In this document: positions 40,701 through 51,210 of the stretch, piece after piece | Position numbering within the stretch: the stretch's first letter is position 1 | How the letters are laid out: each line of letters starts with the position of its first letter | Assembly (NCBI RefSeq): GCF_030028105.1 | Contig: NC_092374.1 | Coordinates: 8,546,998 to 8,610,997, forward strand | Direction: 5' to 3' | Length of the DNA stretch: 64,000 nt | Source of the DNA: Mobula birostris | Lineage: Eukaryota | Notes under the pieces: model-generated | What the model was told of the DNA's origin: nothing | Database searches by the model: none | What the model saw: only the letters and a program-made list of their open reading frames with translations | Program-made: the position numbers and the translations under genes

Positions 40701-43700
40701 GGAACAGAGTGACGTATCGTGTGGAAAGAAAAACAGAGTGACATTTCTTATGGAAAGCGAAACAGAGTGACATTTTGTGTGGAATGAGAAACAGAGTGAT
40801 ATTTCATATGGAACAGAGTGACGTTTCGTGTGGAAAGAGAAACAGAGTGACGTTTCTTATGGAAAGAGAAACAGAGTGATGTTTCGTGTGGAAAGAGAAA
40901 CAGAGTGACATTTCGTGTGGAAAGAGAAACACAGTGAGGTTTCGTGTGGAAAGAGAAACAGAGTGACGTTTCGTGTCAAAAGAGAAACAGTCACATTTCG
41001 TACGGAACAGAGTGACGTTTCGTGTGGAAAGAGAAACAGAGTGACGTTTCGTGTGGAAAGAGAAACAGAGTGACATTTTGTGTGGAAAGAGAAACAGAGT
41101 GACGTTTCGTGTGGAAAGAGAAACAGAGTGACATTTCGTATGGAACAGAGTGACGTTTCGTGTGGAAAGAAAAACAGAGTGATATTTCGTATGGAACACA
41201 GTGACGTTTCTGTGGAAAGAGAACAGAGTGACATTTCGTGTGGAAAGAGAAACAGAGTGACATTTCATGTGGAAAGGGAAACAGAGTGATGTTTCGTGTG
41301 GAAAGGGAAAGAGAGTGACATTTCGTATGGAACAGAGTGACGTTTTGTGTGGAAAGAGAACAGAGTGACATTTCTTGTGGAAAGACAAACAGAGTGACAT
41401 GTCTTATGGAAAGAGAAACAGAGTGACATTTCGTATGGAAAAAGAAACAGAGTGATGTTTCATGTGGAAAGAGAAACAGAGTGACGTTTCGTGTCAAAAG
41501 AGAAACAGTCACATTTCGTACGGAACAGAGTGACGTTTCGTGTGGAAAGAGAAATAGAGTGACGTTTCATCTGGAAAGAGAACAGAGTGACGTTTCGTGT
41601 GGAAAGAGAAACAGTGTGACGTTTCATGTGGAAAGAGAAACAGAGTGACGTTTCTTATGGAAAGAGAAACAGAGTGACGTTTCATGTGGAAAGAGAAAGA
41701 TAGTGATGTTTCGCGTGGAAAGAGAAACAGAGTGACGTTTCTTATGGAAAGAGAAACAGAGTGACGTTTCGTGTGGAAGGAGAAAGAAAGTGATGTTTCG
41801 CGTGGAAAGAGAAACAGAGTGACGTTTCGTGTGGAAAGAGAAATAGAGTGACATTTCTTATGGAAAGAGAAACAGAGTGACATTTCGTGTGGAAAGAGAA
41901 ACAGAGTGACATTTCTTATGGAAAGAGAAACAGAGTGACGTGTCCTGTGGAAAGAGAAACAGAGTGAAGTTTCGTGTGGAAAGAGAATAGAGTGACGTTT
42001 CATGTGGAAAGAGAAACAGAGTGAAATTTCGTATGGATCAGAGTGACGTTTCATGTGGAAAGAGAAACAGAGTGAAGTTTCGTGTGGAAAGAGAACAGAG
42101 TGACGTTTCGTGTGGAAAGAGAAACAGAGTGACATTTTGTGTGGAAAGAGAAACAGAGTGACGTTTCGTGTGGAAAGAGAAACAGAGTGACATTTCGTAT
42201 GGAACAGAGTGACGTTTCGTGTGGAAAGAAAAACAGAGTGACATTTCTTATGGAAAGGAAAACAGAGTGACTTTTCTTGTGGAAAGAGAAATAGAGTGAC
42301 GTTTCGTCTGGAAAGAGAACAGAGTGGTGTTTCATGTGGAACGAGAAACAGGGTGACGTTTCGTGTGGAAAGAGAAACAGAGTGACGTTTCTTATGGAAA
42401 GAGAAACAGAGTGATGTTTCGTATGGAAAGAGAAACAGAGTGACATTTCGTGTGGAAAGAGAAACACAGTGAGGTTTCGTGTGGAAAGAGAAACAGAGTG
42501 ACGTTTCGTGTCAAAAGAGAAACAGTCACATTTCGTACGGAACAGAGTGACGTTTCATGTGGAAAGAGAAACAGAGTGACGTTTCGTGTGGAAAGAGAAA
42601 CAGAGTGATATTTCGTATGGAACAGAGTGACGTTTCGTGTGGAAAGAGAAACAGAGTGACATTTCTTATGGAAAGAGAAACAGAGTGACGCTTCGTGTGC
42701 AAAGAGAAATAGAGTGACGTTTCATCTGGAAAGAGAACAGAGTGACGTTTCGTGTGGAAAGAGAAACAGTGTGACGTTTCATGTGGAAAGAGAAACAGAG
42801 TGACGTTTCTTATGCAAAGAGAAACAGAGTGACGTTTCATGTGGAAAGAGAAAGAAAGTGATGTTTCGCGTGGAAAGAGAAACAGAGTGACGTTTCGTGT
42901 GCTAAGAGAAACAGAGTGATGTTTCGTGTGGAAAGAGAAACAGAGTGACATTTTGTGTGGAAAGAGAAACAGAGTGATGTTTCGTGTGGAAAGAGAAATA
43001 GAGTGACATTTCTTATGGAATGAGAAACAGAGTGACATTTCGTGTGGAAAGAGAAACAGAGTGACATTTCTTATGGAAAGAGAAACAGAGTGACGTGTCG
43101 TCTGGAAAGAGAAACAAAGTGAAGTTTCGTGTGGAAAGAGAACAGAGTGACGTTTCGTGTGGAAAAAGAAACAGAGTGACATTTTGTGTGGAAAGAGAAA
43201 CAGAGTGACGTTTCGTGTGGAAAGAGAAACAGAGTGACATTTCGTATGGAACAGAGTGACGTTTCGTGTGGAAAGAAAAACAGAGTGACATTTCTTATGG
43301 AAAGGGAAACAGAGTGACATTTTGTGTGGAATGTGAAACAGAGTGATATTTCATATGGAACAGAGTGACGTTTCGTGTGGAAAGAGAAATAGAGTGACGT
43401 TTCATCTGGAAAGAGAACAGAGTGACGTTTCATGTGGAAAGAGAAACAGGGTGACGTTTCGTGTGGAAAGAGAAACAGAGTGACGTTTCTTATGGAAAGA
43501 GAAACAGAGTGATGTTTCGTGCGGAAAGAGAAACAGAGTGACATTTCGTGTGGAAAGAGAAACACAGTGAGGTTTCGTGTGGAAAGAGAAACAGAGTGAC
43601 GTTTCGTGTCAAAAGAGAAACAGTCACATTTCGTACGGAACAGAGTGACGTTTCGTGTGGAAAGAGAAACAGAGTGACGTTTCGTGTGGAAAGAGAAACA

Positions 43701-46135
43701 GAGTGACATTTTGTGTGGAAAGAGAAACAGAGTGACGTTTCGTGTGGAAAGAGAAACAGAGTGACATTTCGTATGGAACAGAGTGACGTTTCGTGTGGAA
43801 AGAAAAACAGAGTGACATTTCTTATGGAAAGGGAAACAGAGTGACATTTTGTGTGGAATGAGAAACAGAGTGATATTTCATATGGAACAGAGTGACGTTT
43901 CGTGTGGAAAGAGAAATAGAGTGACGTTTCGTCTGGAAAGAGAACAGAGTGACGTTTCGTGTGGAAAGAGAAGCAGAATGACGTTTCGTGTGGAAAGAGA
44001 ACAGAGTGACGTTTCGTGTGGAAAGAGAAACAGAATGACGTTTCGTGTGGAAACAGAAACAGAGTGACGTTTCGTGTGGAAAGAGAACAGAGTGACGTTT
44101 CGTGTGGAAAGAGAAACAGAGTGACGTTTTGTGTGGAAAGAGAAACAGAGTGACATTTCATATGGAAGAGAGTGACGTTTCATGTGGAAAGAGTACAGAG
44201 TGATGTTTCGTGTGGAAAGAGAAGCAGAGTGACGTTTCGTGTGGAAAGAGAAACAGAGTGACAGTTCTTATGGAAAGAGAAACGGTGACATTTCGTCTGG
44301 AAAGAGAAACAGAGTGACGTTTCGTGTGGAAAGAGAACAGAGTGACGTTTCGTGTGGAAAGAGAAACAGAGTGACATTTCGTGTGGAAAGAGAACAGAGT
44401 GACGTTTCGTGTGGAAAGAGAAACAGAGTGACGTTTCGTGTGGAAAGAGAAACAGAGTGACGTTTCGTGTGGAAAGAGAAACAGAGTGACGTTTCGTGTG
44501 GAAAGAGAAGCAGAATGACGTTTCGTGTGGAAAGAGAACAGAGTGACATTTCTTATGGAAAGAGAAACAGAGTGACATTTCGTGTGGAAAGAGAAACAGA
44601 GTGACGTTTCATGTGGAAAGAGAAACAGAGTGACGTTTCTTATGGAAAGTGAAACAGAGTGACGTTTCGTGTGGAAAGAGAAACAGAGTGAAGTTTCGTG
44701 TGGAAAGAGAACAGAGTGACGTTTCATGTGGAAAGAGAAACAGCGTGACGTTTCATGTGGAAAGAGGAACAGAGTGACATTTCGTGTGGAAAGAGAAACA
44801 GAGTGACGTTTCGTGGGGAAAGAGAAAAGAGTGACCTCTTGTGTGGAAAGAGAAACAGAGTGATGTATCGTGTGGAAAGAGAAACAGAGTGACATTTCGT
44901 GTGGAAAGAGAAACAGAGTGACGTTTCGTGTGGAAAGAGAAACACAGTGACATTTCTTATGGAAAGAGAAACAGAGTGACGTTTTGTGTGGAAAGAGAAC
45001 AGAGTGACGTTTCGTGTGGAAAGAGAAACAGAGTGACGTTTCTTATGGAAAGAGAAACAAAGTGACGTTTCGTGTGGAAAGAGAAACAGAGTGACGTTTC
45101 TTATGGAAAGAGAAAAAGAGTGACGTTTCATGTGGAAAGAGAAACAGAGTGACGTTTCTTATGGAAAGAGAAACAGAGTGATGTTTCATGTGGAAAAAGA
45201 AATAGAGTGACGTTTCGTGTGGAAAGAGAATCAGAGTTACATTTCGTATGGAACAGAGTGACATTTCGTGTGGAAAGAGAACAGAGTGACGTTTCGTGTG
45301 GAAAGAGAAACAGAATGACGTTTCGTGTGGAAAGAGAAACAGAGTGACGTTTCGTGTGGAAAGAGAAACAGTGTGACGTTTCGTGTGGAAAGAGAACAGA
45401 GTGACGTTTCGTGTGGAAAGAGAAACAGAGTGACGTTTTGTGTGGAAAGAGAAACAGAGTGACATTTCATATGGAAGAGAGTGACGTTTCATGTGGAAAG
45501 AGAACAGAGTGATGTTTCGTGTGGAAAGAGAAGCAGAGTGACGTTTCGTGTGGAAAGAGAAACAGAGTGACATTTCTTATGGAAAGAGAAACGGTGACAT
45601 TTCGTCTGGATAGAGAAACAGAGTGACGTTTCGTGTGGAAAGAGAACAGAGTGACGTTTCGTGTGGAAAGAGAAACAGTGACATTTCGTGTGGAAAGAGA
45701 ACAGAGTGACGTTTCGTGTGGAAAGAGAAACAGAGTGACGATTTGTGTGGAAAGAGAAACAGACTGACATTTCATATGGAAGAGAGTGACGTTTCATGTG
45801 GAAAGAGAACAGAGTGATGTTTCGTGTGGAAAGAGAAGCAGAGTGACGTTTCGTGTGGAAAGAGAAACAGAGTGACGTTTCGTGTGGAAAGAGAAGCAGA
45901 GTGACGTTTCGTGTGGAAAGAGAAACAGAGTGACATTTCTTATGGAAAGAGAAACGGTGACATTTCGTCTGGAAAGAGAAACAGAGTGACGTTTCGTGTG
46001 GAAAGAGAACAGAGTGACGTTTCGTGTGGAAAGAGAAACAGAGTGACGTTTCATGTGGAAAGAGAAACAGAGTGACATTTCTTATGGAACAGAGTGACGT
46101 TTCATGTGGAAAGAGAACAGAGTGACGTTTTGTGT
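13722..46135. repeat. ~32.4-kb tandem satellite, 29-bp monomer GTGACGTTTCGTGTGGAAAGAGAAACAGA with 28-, 27- and 22-bp variants and multi-kb higher-order repeats
   Basis: Direct reading. The ORF track repeats the 29-aa unit SLSTRNVTLFLFPHETSLCFSFHTKRHSV (3 x 29 nt). Roughly 1100-1200 monomers by length estimate. Confidence 0.99.
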
Positions 46136-46156
46136 CCAAGACTTCATCGCAACTGA
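46136..46156 (-). mobile_element. Penelope-like remnant forming the right flank of the satellite (decayed CTGATGA half of the hammerhead)
   Basis: (GACGTTTTGTGT)CCAAGACTTCATCGCAACTGA versus GACGTTTCAGGCCGAGACCCTTCGTCAGGACTAACTGA at 59812-59849. Confidence 0.6.
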
Positions 46157-46449
46157 TCTGTCATTATCTCTGCGACTTTTTGGAATAAATGAAGCCTTCA
46201 TATGTTGTCTTCCAGTCATCTGGTTCCTTGTCTGAGGTAGCAAAGATTCAGTAGTCTCTATCAGGGCCCCACCAGACTCATGCGGACTCTAAACGGAGTA
46301 TAAGTAGGATATAGAGAACTTAGTAGGATATAGAGAACTTAATGACATGGTGTCATGGCAAGAACCCTTCACTCAATGTCAACAGCACAAAAAAGCTGGT
46401 CATTGACTTCAGACTATGGGAATGGTTCTTGGTTAGGAATGGTATCATA

Positions 46450-47535
46450 CATTTTTTAAAATTTCAAAATATACTTTATTCAAAAATAAAATTATATACA
46501 ATAAACCATTCAATAATTTTCCATCCTTTACATACGTTTCCATCATAGTCTGTACATATCCATACTTATGGCCACCCACGTGGTACTCCAGTTGTTCACC
46601 TTACCACACCATTGTTGATGGGTATACTCCCCGCCACCCGACCCCTCCCACTCCCGTGGGTGAAGAAACCTCTACCGTGGTCCTTCCCCACCGGGCCCTT
46701 GCGGTGGCTGCGCCAAGTTTCAGTGCGTCCCTCAACACGTACTCCTGCAGCCGAGAATGTGCCAGTTGGCAGCATTCTCCCACGGACATCTCCATGTGCT
46801 TGTAGATCAACAAGTTTCGGGCCGACCAAAGAGCGTCTTTCACTGAGTTGATGATCTGCCAGCAGCACCAGATGTTGGTCTCCGTGTGCGTCCCCGGGAA
46901 CAGCCCGTAGATCAGAGAGTCCTCTGTTACGCAGCTGCTGGGGATAAAACGTGACACTAGCCCGTCCATCCTCCTCCACACCCTCTCTGCGAACTGACAG
47001 TGTGCAAAGAGGTGGGTCACAGACTCCTCCTCACTGCAGTCCTCCCGTGGGCAGTGGGGTGCGGAGACGACTTTCCGGGCATACAGGAGGGATCTGACTG
47101 GGAGGGACCCTCTCACCGCCAGCCAGGCGAGGTCTTGGTGCCTGTTGGTGAGATCTGGCGATGAGGCATTTTGCCAGCTGAACTGGACGGACTGCTCGGG
47201 GAACCAACCCACTGTGTCCATCACGTCCTCCTCCTGCAGCGCCTGCAGGACATTACGTGCCGACTACTACCTGATGGCCCTGTGGTCAAAGGTGTTCTCT
47301 TGGAAGAACTTTTCTACGAAGGACAGGTATGGCGGCAACGACTAGCTGACTGGGGCATTGCGCGGGAGTGGGGCCAGACCCATCCTTCGTAGCCAGGGCG
47401 ACAGGTAGAACCTGGGCACATAGTGGTACTTGGTGCCCACATACCTGGGTTCTACACACAACCTGATACAGCCACATACGAAGCTGGCCATGCTCCACCC
47501 TACATCAATGATCTTGATGTTGAGAGGGTTGAGTT
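46450..47535 (-). mobile_element. Tx1-clade L1-like LINE 3' portion
   Basis: ORF 46601-47224 with zf-RVT-type Cys/His motif CPREDCSEEESVTHLFAHC and W..RN; minus-strand AATAAA near 46470. Confidence 0.8.
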
Positions 47536-47619
47536 CTAAGCTGTGACTATTAACAATAACTTGTCCTACTCCAACCACATTGATGTTACAGCAAAGAAAA
47601 CCCATCAACATAAGACCAT

Positions 47620-48075
47620 AAGACACAGGAGCAGAAATAGGCTATTTGGAGAATTGTGTCTGCTCTGCTATTCAATCATGGCTGATTATTTTTTTCCCCT
47701 CCTCTGCCCACTCCCTGGCCTTCTCCCTGGAACTTTTAATGCCGTGTCCAATCAAGAACCAATCAATCTCTGCTTTAAATACACCCAACAACCTGCCCTC
47801 CACAGCTGCCTGTGGTAATAAAATCCACAAATTCACGATCCTCTGGCTAAAAAAATTTCTCCGCATCTGTTTTATATGGATGCCCCTCTATTCTGAGGCT
47901 GTGCCCTGTTGTCCTAGACTCCCTGTCCTTTCCACATCTACTCTGTCTAGGCCTTTCAACATTTGAAAAGTTTCAATGAGATCCACACCCCCATCCTTCT
48001 AAATACCAGTGAGTACAGACCCAGAGCCATCAAATGTTCCTCATATGATAACCCTTTCATTCCTGGAATCATCCT
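47620..48075 (-). mobile_element. CR1 LINE 3' fragment
   Basis: MRRNFFSQRIVNLW...VFKAEIDWFL; (CATAAGAC) tail. Confidence 0.85.
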
Positions 48076-48611
48076 TGTGAACCTCCTCTGGACCTTCTCT
48101 ACTCCCTCAGGAGACTAAAGGAATTCAGTACATCCTGGATTTATCTTACCAATTTTTATCGATGCACCACAGAAAATATGCAGTCTGCATGAATAAGGTC
48201 ATGGCATGGCAACTGTTCTGCACATAATCTTAAGAATCTGTAGACACAGCTCAGCACATTGCAGGAACCAGCCTCTGCTCTATGGACTTTGTCACAGTAA
48301 AGAGCCAGCATAACCAAGCATCAAATGTTCCTCATATGATAACCCTTTCATTCCTGGAATCATCCTTGTGAACCTCCTCTGGACCTTCTCTACTCCCTCA
48401 GGAGACTAAAGGAATTCAGTACATCCTGGATTTATCTTACCAATTTTTATCGATGCACCACAGAAAATATGCAGTCTGCATGAATAAGGTCATGGCATGG
48501 CAACTGTTCTGCACATAATCTTAAGAATCTGTAGACACAGCTCAGCACATTGCAGGAACCAGCCTCTGCTCTATGGACTTTGTCACAGTAAAGAGCCAGC
48601 ATAACCAAGCA
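48028..48611. repeat. Two apparently identical 291-bp tandem copies spanning a CR1/Rex1 junction
   Basis: CATCAAATGTTCCTC at 48028 and 48319; TAACCAAGCA at 48311 and 48602. Confidence 0.9.
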
Positions 48612-48770
48612 GCCCACACACCCCGGAGATTCCCTCTTCTCTCCTCTCCCATCAGGCAGAAGATACAAAAGCCTGAAAGCACATATCACCAGCCTCAAGG
48701 ACAGCTTCAATCCAACTGCTATCAGATCTATTGTAAAACATGATAGACTCTTGGCCTTAAAATCTACCTC
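48076..48770 (+). mobile_element. Rex1/Babar-type 3' fragment (partly duplicated)
   Basis: LRRLKEF, AQHIAGTSL, PSGRRYKSLKAHITSLKDSFNP-type motifs. Confidence 0.65.
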
Positions 48771-48789
48771 AATGTAGAGTAATAAAATC

Positions 48790-49135
48790 ATTGAACAGTA
48801 CAACACAGAAACAGGCTCTTCGGTCCATCTAGTCCATGCTGAACCATTATGCTGCCTCGTCCCATCGACCTTCATTTGGACCATAGCTCTTCATATCACT
48901 CACATCAGTGGACCTATCCGAAGTTGCTTTAGTGTTGAGATCGAATCCGCATCTATCACTTCTGCTGGTGGGTTGTTCCACACTCTGACCTCATTCTGAA
49001 TGAAAAAAATTCCCACTCATCTTCCCCCTAAACATTTCACCCTTCACCCTTAACCCCTGACCTCTAGTTCTAGTCTCACTCAGCCTCAGTGGAAAAGGCC
49101 TCCTTGCATTGACCCCATCTATACCTTTCATAATT
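48790..49135 (-). mobile_element. CR1 3' fragment
   Basis: Reverse-strand RTRGQGLRVKG...FFIQNEVRVWN and CR1 3' UTR. Confidence 0.7.
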
Positions 49136-49139
49136 TGAA

Positions 49140-49965
49140 ATCCTGCAGATGCTGGGAAACCCAGAGCAATACGCTCAAAATTCAGGAGAAACTCGGCAGG
49201 TCAGGCAGCATCCATGGAAATGAATGAACACTCAATGTTTCTGGATGAGACCCTTTTTTCAGGACTGGAAAGGAAGGGGGAGAATCCCAGAACGAGTAGG
49301 TGGGTGGAGAAGAAGGACAAGGAAGATTCAATCAAGAGGGCATGGGTTGAGAATTAGAGGACAAAAGTTTAGGGGCAACATGAGGGGGAACTTCTTTACT
49401 CAGAGAGTGGTAGCTGTGTGGAATGAGCTTCCAGCAGAAGTGGTTGAGGCAGGTTCTATGTTGTCGTTTAAAGTTAAATTGGCTAGATATATGGATAGGA
49501 AAGGAATGGAGGGTTATGGGCTAAGTGCAGGTCGGTGGGAATAGGATAGGGTAAGATTCCGGCACGGACTAGAAGGGCCGAGATGACCTGTTTCCGTGCT
49601 GTAATTGTTATATGGTTATACGGTTATACAAGCGAGAAGGTGACTGGTGACGTCAGTTGGATGGGAAAGATAAAGGACTGGAGATGAAGGAATATGATAG
49701 GAGAAAAGAGTGGACCATAAAAGAAAGGGAGGAGGAAGGGTACCAGGGCACATGATAGGCAGGTGAGAAGAGGTAAGAGGCCAGACCAGAGAATAGAATA
49801 AGAGGGGAGGGGGAGAGATTATTTTTTACTGGAAGGAGAAATCGATATTCATATCATCAGTTTAAAGGTCTCCCAGACGGAATATGAGGTGTTGCTCCTG
49901 CAGCCCGAGGGAAACCTCATTGGTGTATAAGAGAAGGCCATGGACTGACATGTCGGAACGGGAAT
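49140..49965 (-). mobile_element. Penelope-like element 3' end with a nested plus-strand CR1 fragment (~49330-49628)
   Basis: Reverse strand SDMSVHGL...QEQHLIFRLG...MNIDFSFQ (end of GIY-YIG ORF) and tail; nested SRGHGLRIRG...GNFFTQRVVAVWNELP. Confidence 0.75.
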
Positions 49966-51149
49966 GGGCATTAAAATTAAAATGCTCTGTTAAAAATTAG
50001 AAGGTCTTCTTTTAACGAATTGATAGGCCTTCTCCATGCCTCTCATCACTTTGTTTCCCTCTGTCCAATCTCCCCTCAGTCTGCTATGCTTCAGGAAATA
50101 AAGACCTAACGTATTTAACCTTTCTCTAATAACTCAGTACTCAAGTCCCGGCAACGTCTTTTAAATTTTCTCTGAACTCTTTCAAACATTGATATCTTTC
50201 CTGCTTGACCCGAAATCCCTAAATACTCATCAGCATCTTATACAATGTCACCACAACATGCTAATTCCAGTACTCACTACTTAGATTTACAAAGGCCCAC
50301 ATGCCAAAAGCTCTTTGTACTTAAGGACGTAAAAATATGATGTACTTTCGCACTTGTGAGACTCTACCGCAAACTGCCACGACGAATAGTATCAAACTTG
50401 TTTGAAAATGTTTGTAAGAATAAGATTGAATTTTTTGGGCGGTAAAGGACTTTTTTTACGAAAGGGTCTTATGAGTTCTGTGGCATCGAAGTGAAATATT
50501 ACAGAGTGCCAACATTGTGGTGTTAAGTATGTACTGTTTAATTTTCACCAATCGCTCAATGTAGGAATTATTTTGGAGATGTATGAGGGAGACGATATAC
50601 CCAGGTATTGACATCACACAAATGTAGATGGAGCATCATGACGACTCCAGCCAGCTATTAACTCTGATTACCGCCTTCCATGAACTCGTCAGCCCCGCGG
50701 AGAAGCAGAGTATTTCGTCAGAGCTGCCCTCACTTAAAGTCGCTGGTGCGAAATCAGAATCTTTGCGGAAGATCGAATAAATGATCGAAATTCACCAGAC
50801 GCATCCCAAAGGGATTCACGAGTTGGTGAAAGCGAGTAAATAATTTTTGAAAAGCTTTGGGATCCTCCTTAATCATATGTGCCGCTGAAACTTTATTGCT
50901 ACCCTTTGCCCTCTCAAGTTCAGTTTTAGGAACGCGTCTGAACTCTCCGAACTCCTCAGGGAGTTTTCCGATGGTCAGGGCAGAAGGCGTGTGCGTGTTC
51001 CTGCAATACACCAACCCTGTTCAGTTAAGAATCAGTGACTTACCTAATTTATAAGAGTGGTGGATCTTTAAGGAAATGACGAACACTTCGTGCAACTTCT
51101 GCATTTCAGTTTCAGGAAGCAAAAAGGACACCAGACTGCAGTGTCGGCG

Positions 51150-51210
51150 ATGCTCTCCCTCCGGGTTTGCCTCTGCACGTTTCTGCTTGCCGTATCAGTC
51201 CGGGGATACA
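51150..51210 (+). CDS. siglec15: Leader (signal peptide) exon of Siglec-15-like gene, MLSLRVCLCTFLLAVSVRGY + 1 nt
   Basis: Hydrophobic 20-aa signal-like peptide ending at a phase-1 donor A|GTAGGT, phase-compatible with the V exon. The link across the 9.6-kb intron is inferred, and the symbol means Siglec-15-like, not proven orthology. Confidence 0.7.

Noticed and set aside
13722-46135. CRISPR-like appearance (29-bp repeats)
   Set aside because: Monomers are head-to-tail with no unique spacers, there are no cas genes, and the context is eukaryotic.
13722-46135. Resemblance of TTTCGTGTGGAAA to the CENP-B box (YTTCGTTGGAARCGGGA)
   Set aside because: There is an extra base and the essential CGGG block is missing, and the motif is explained by the Penelope origin. 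Centromeric function cannot be inferred from sequence.
13667-46139. Over a hundred minus-strand ORFs of up to 517 aa inside the array
   Set aside because: The minus strand of the 29-mer has no stop codon in any frame, so long ORFs arise automatically. They have no domain features and start and stop at random monomer variants.
46303-46341. Short direct repeat AGTAGGATATAGAGAACTT x2
   Set aside because: It is a local slippage duplication at the edge of a Rex1 scrap, with no sign of function.
50330-51110. CpG-containing non-repeat stretch as the promoter of the Siglec-like gene
   Set aside because: The position is plausible, but there is no clear core promoter motif, a CR1 scrap lies within it (~50850-50930), and ttcag acceptors at 51109/51115 allow an upstream non-coding exon instead.
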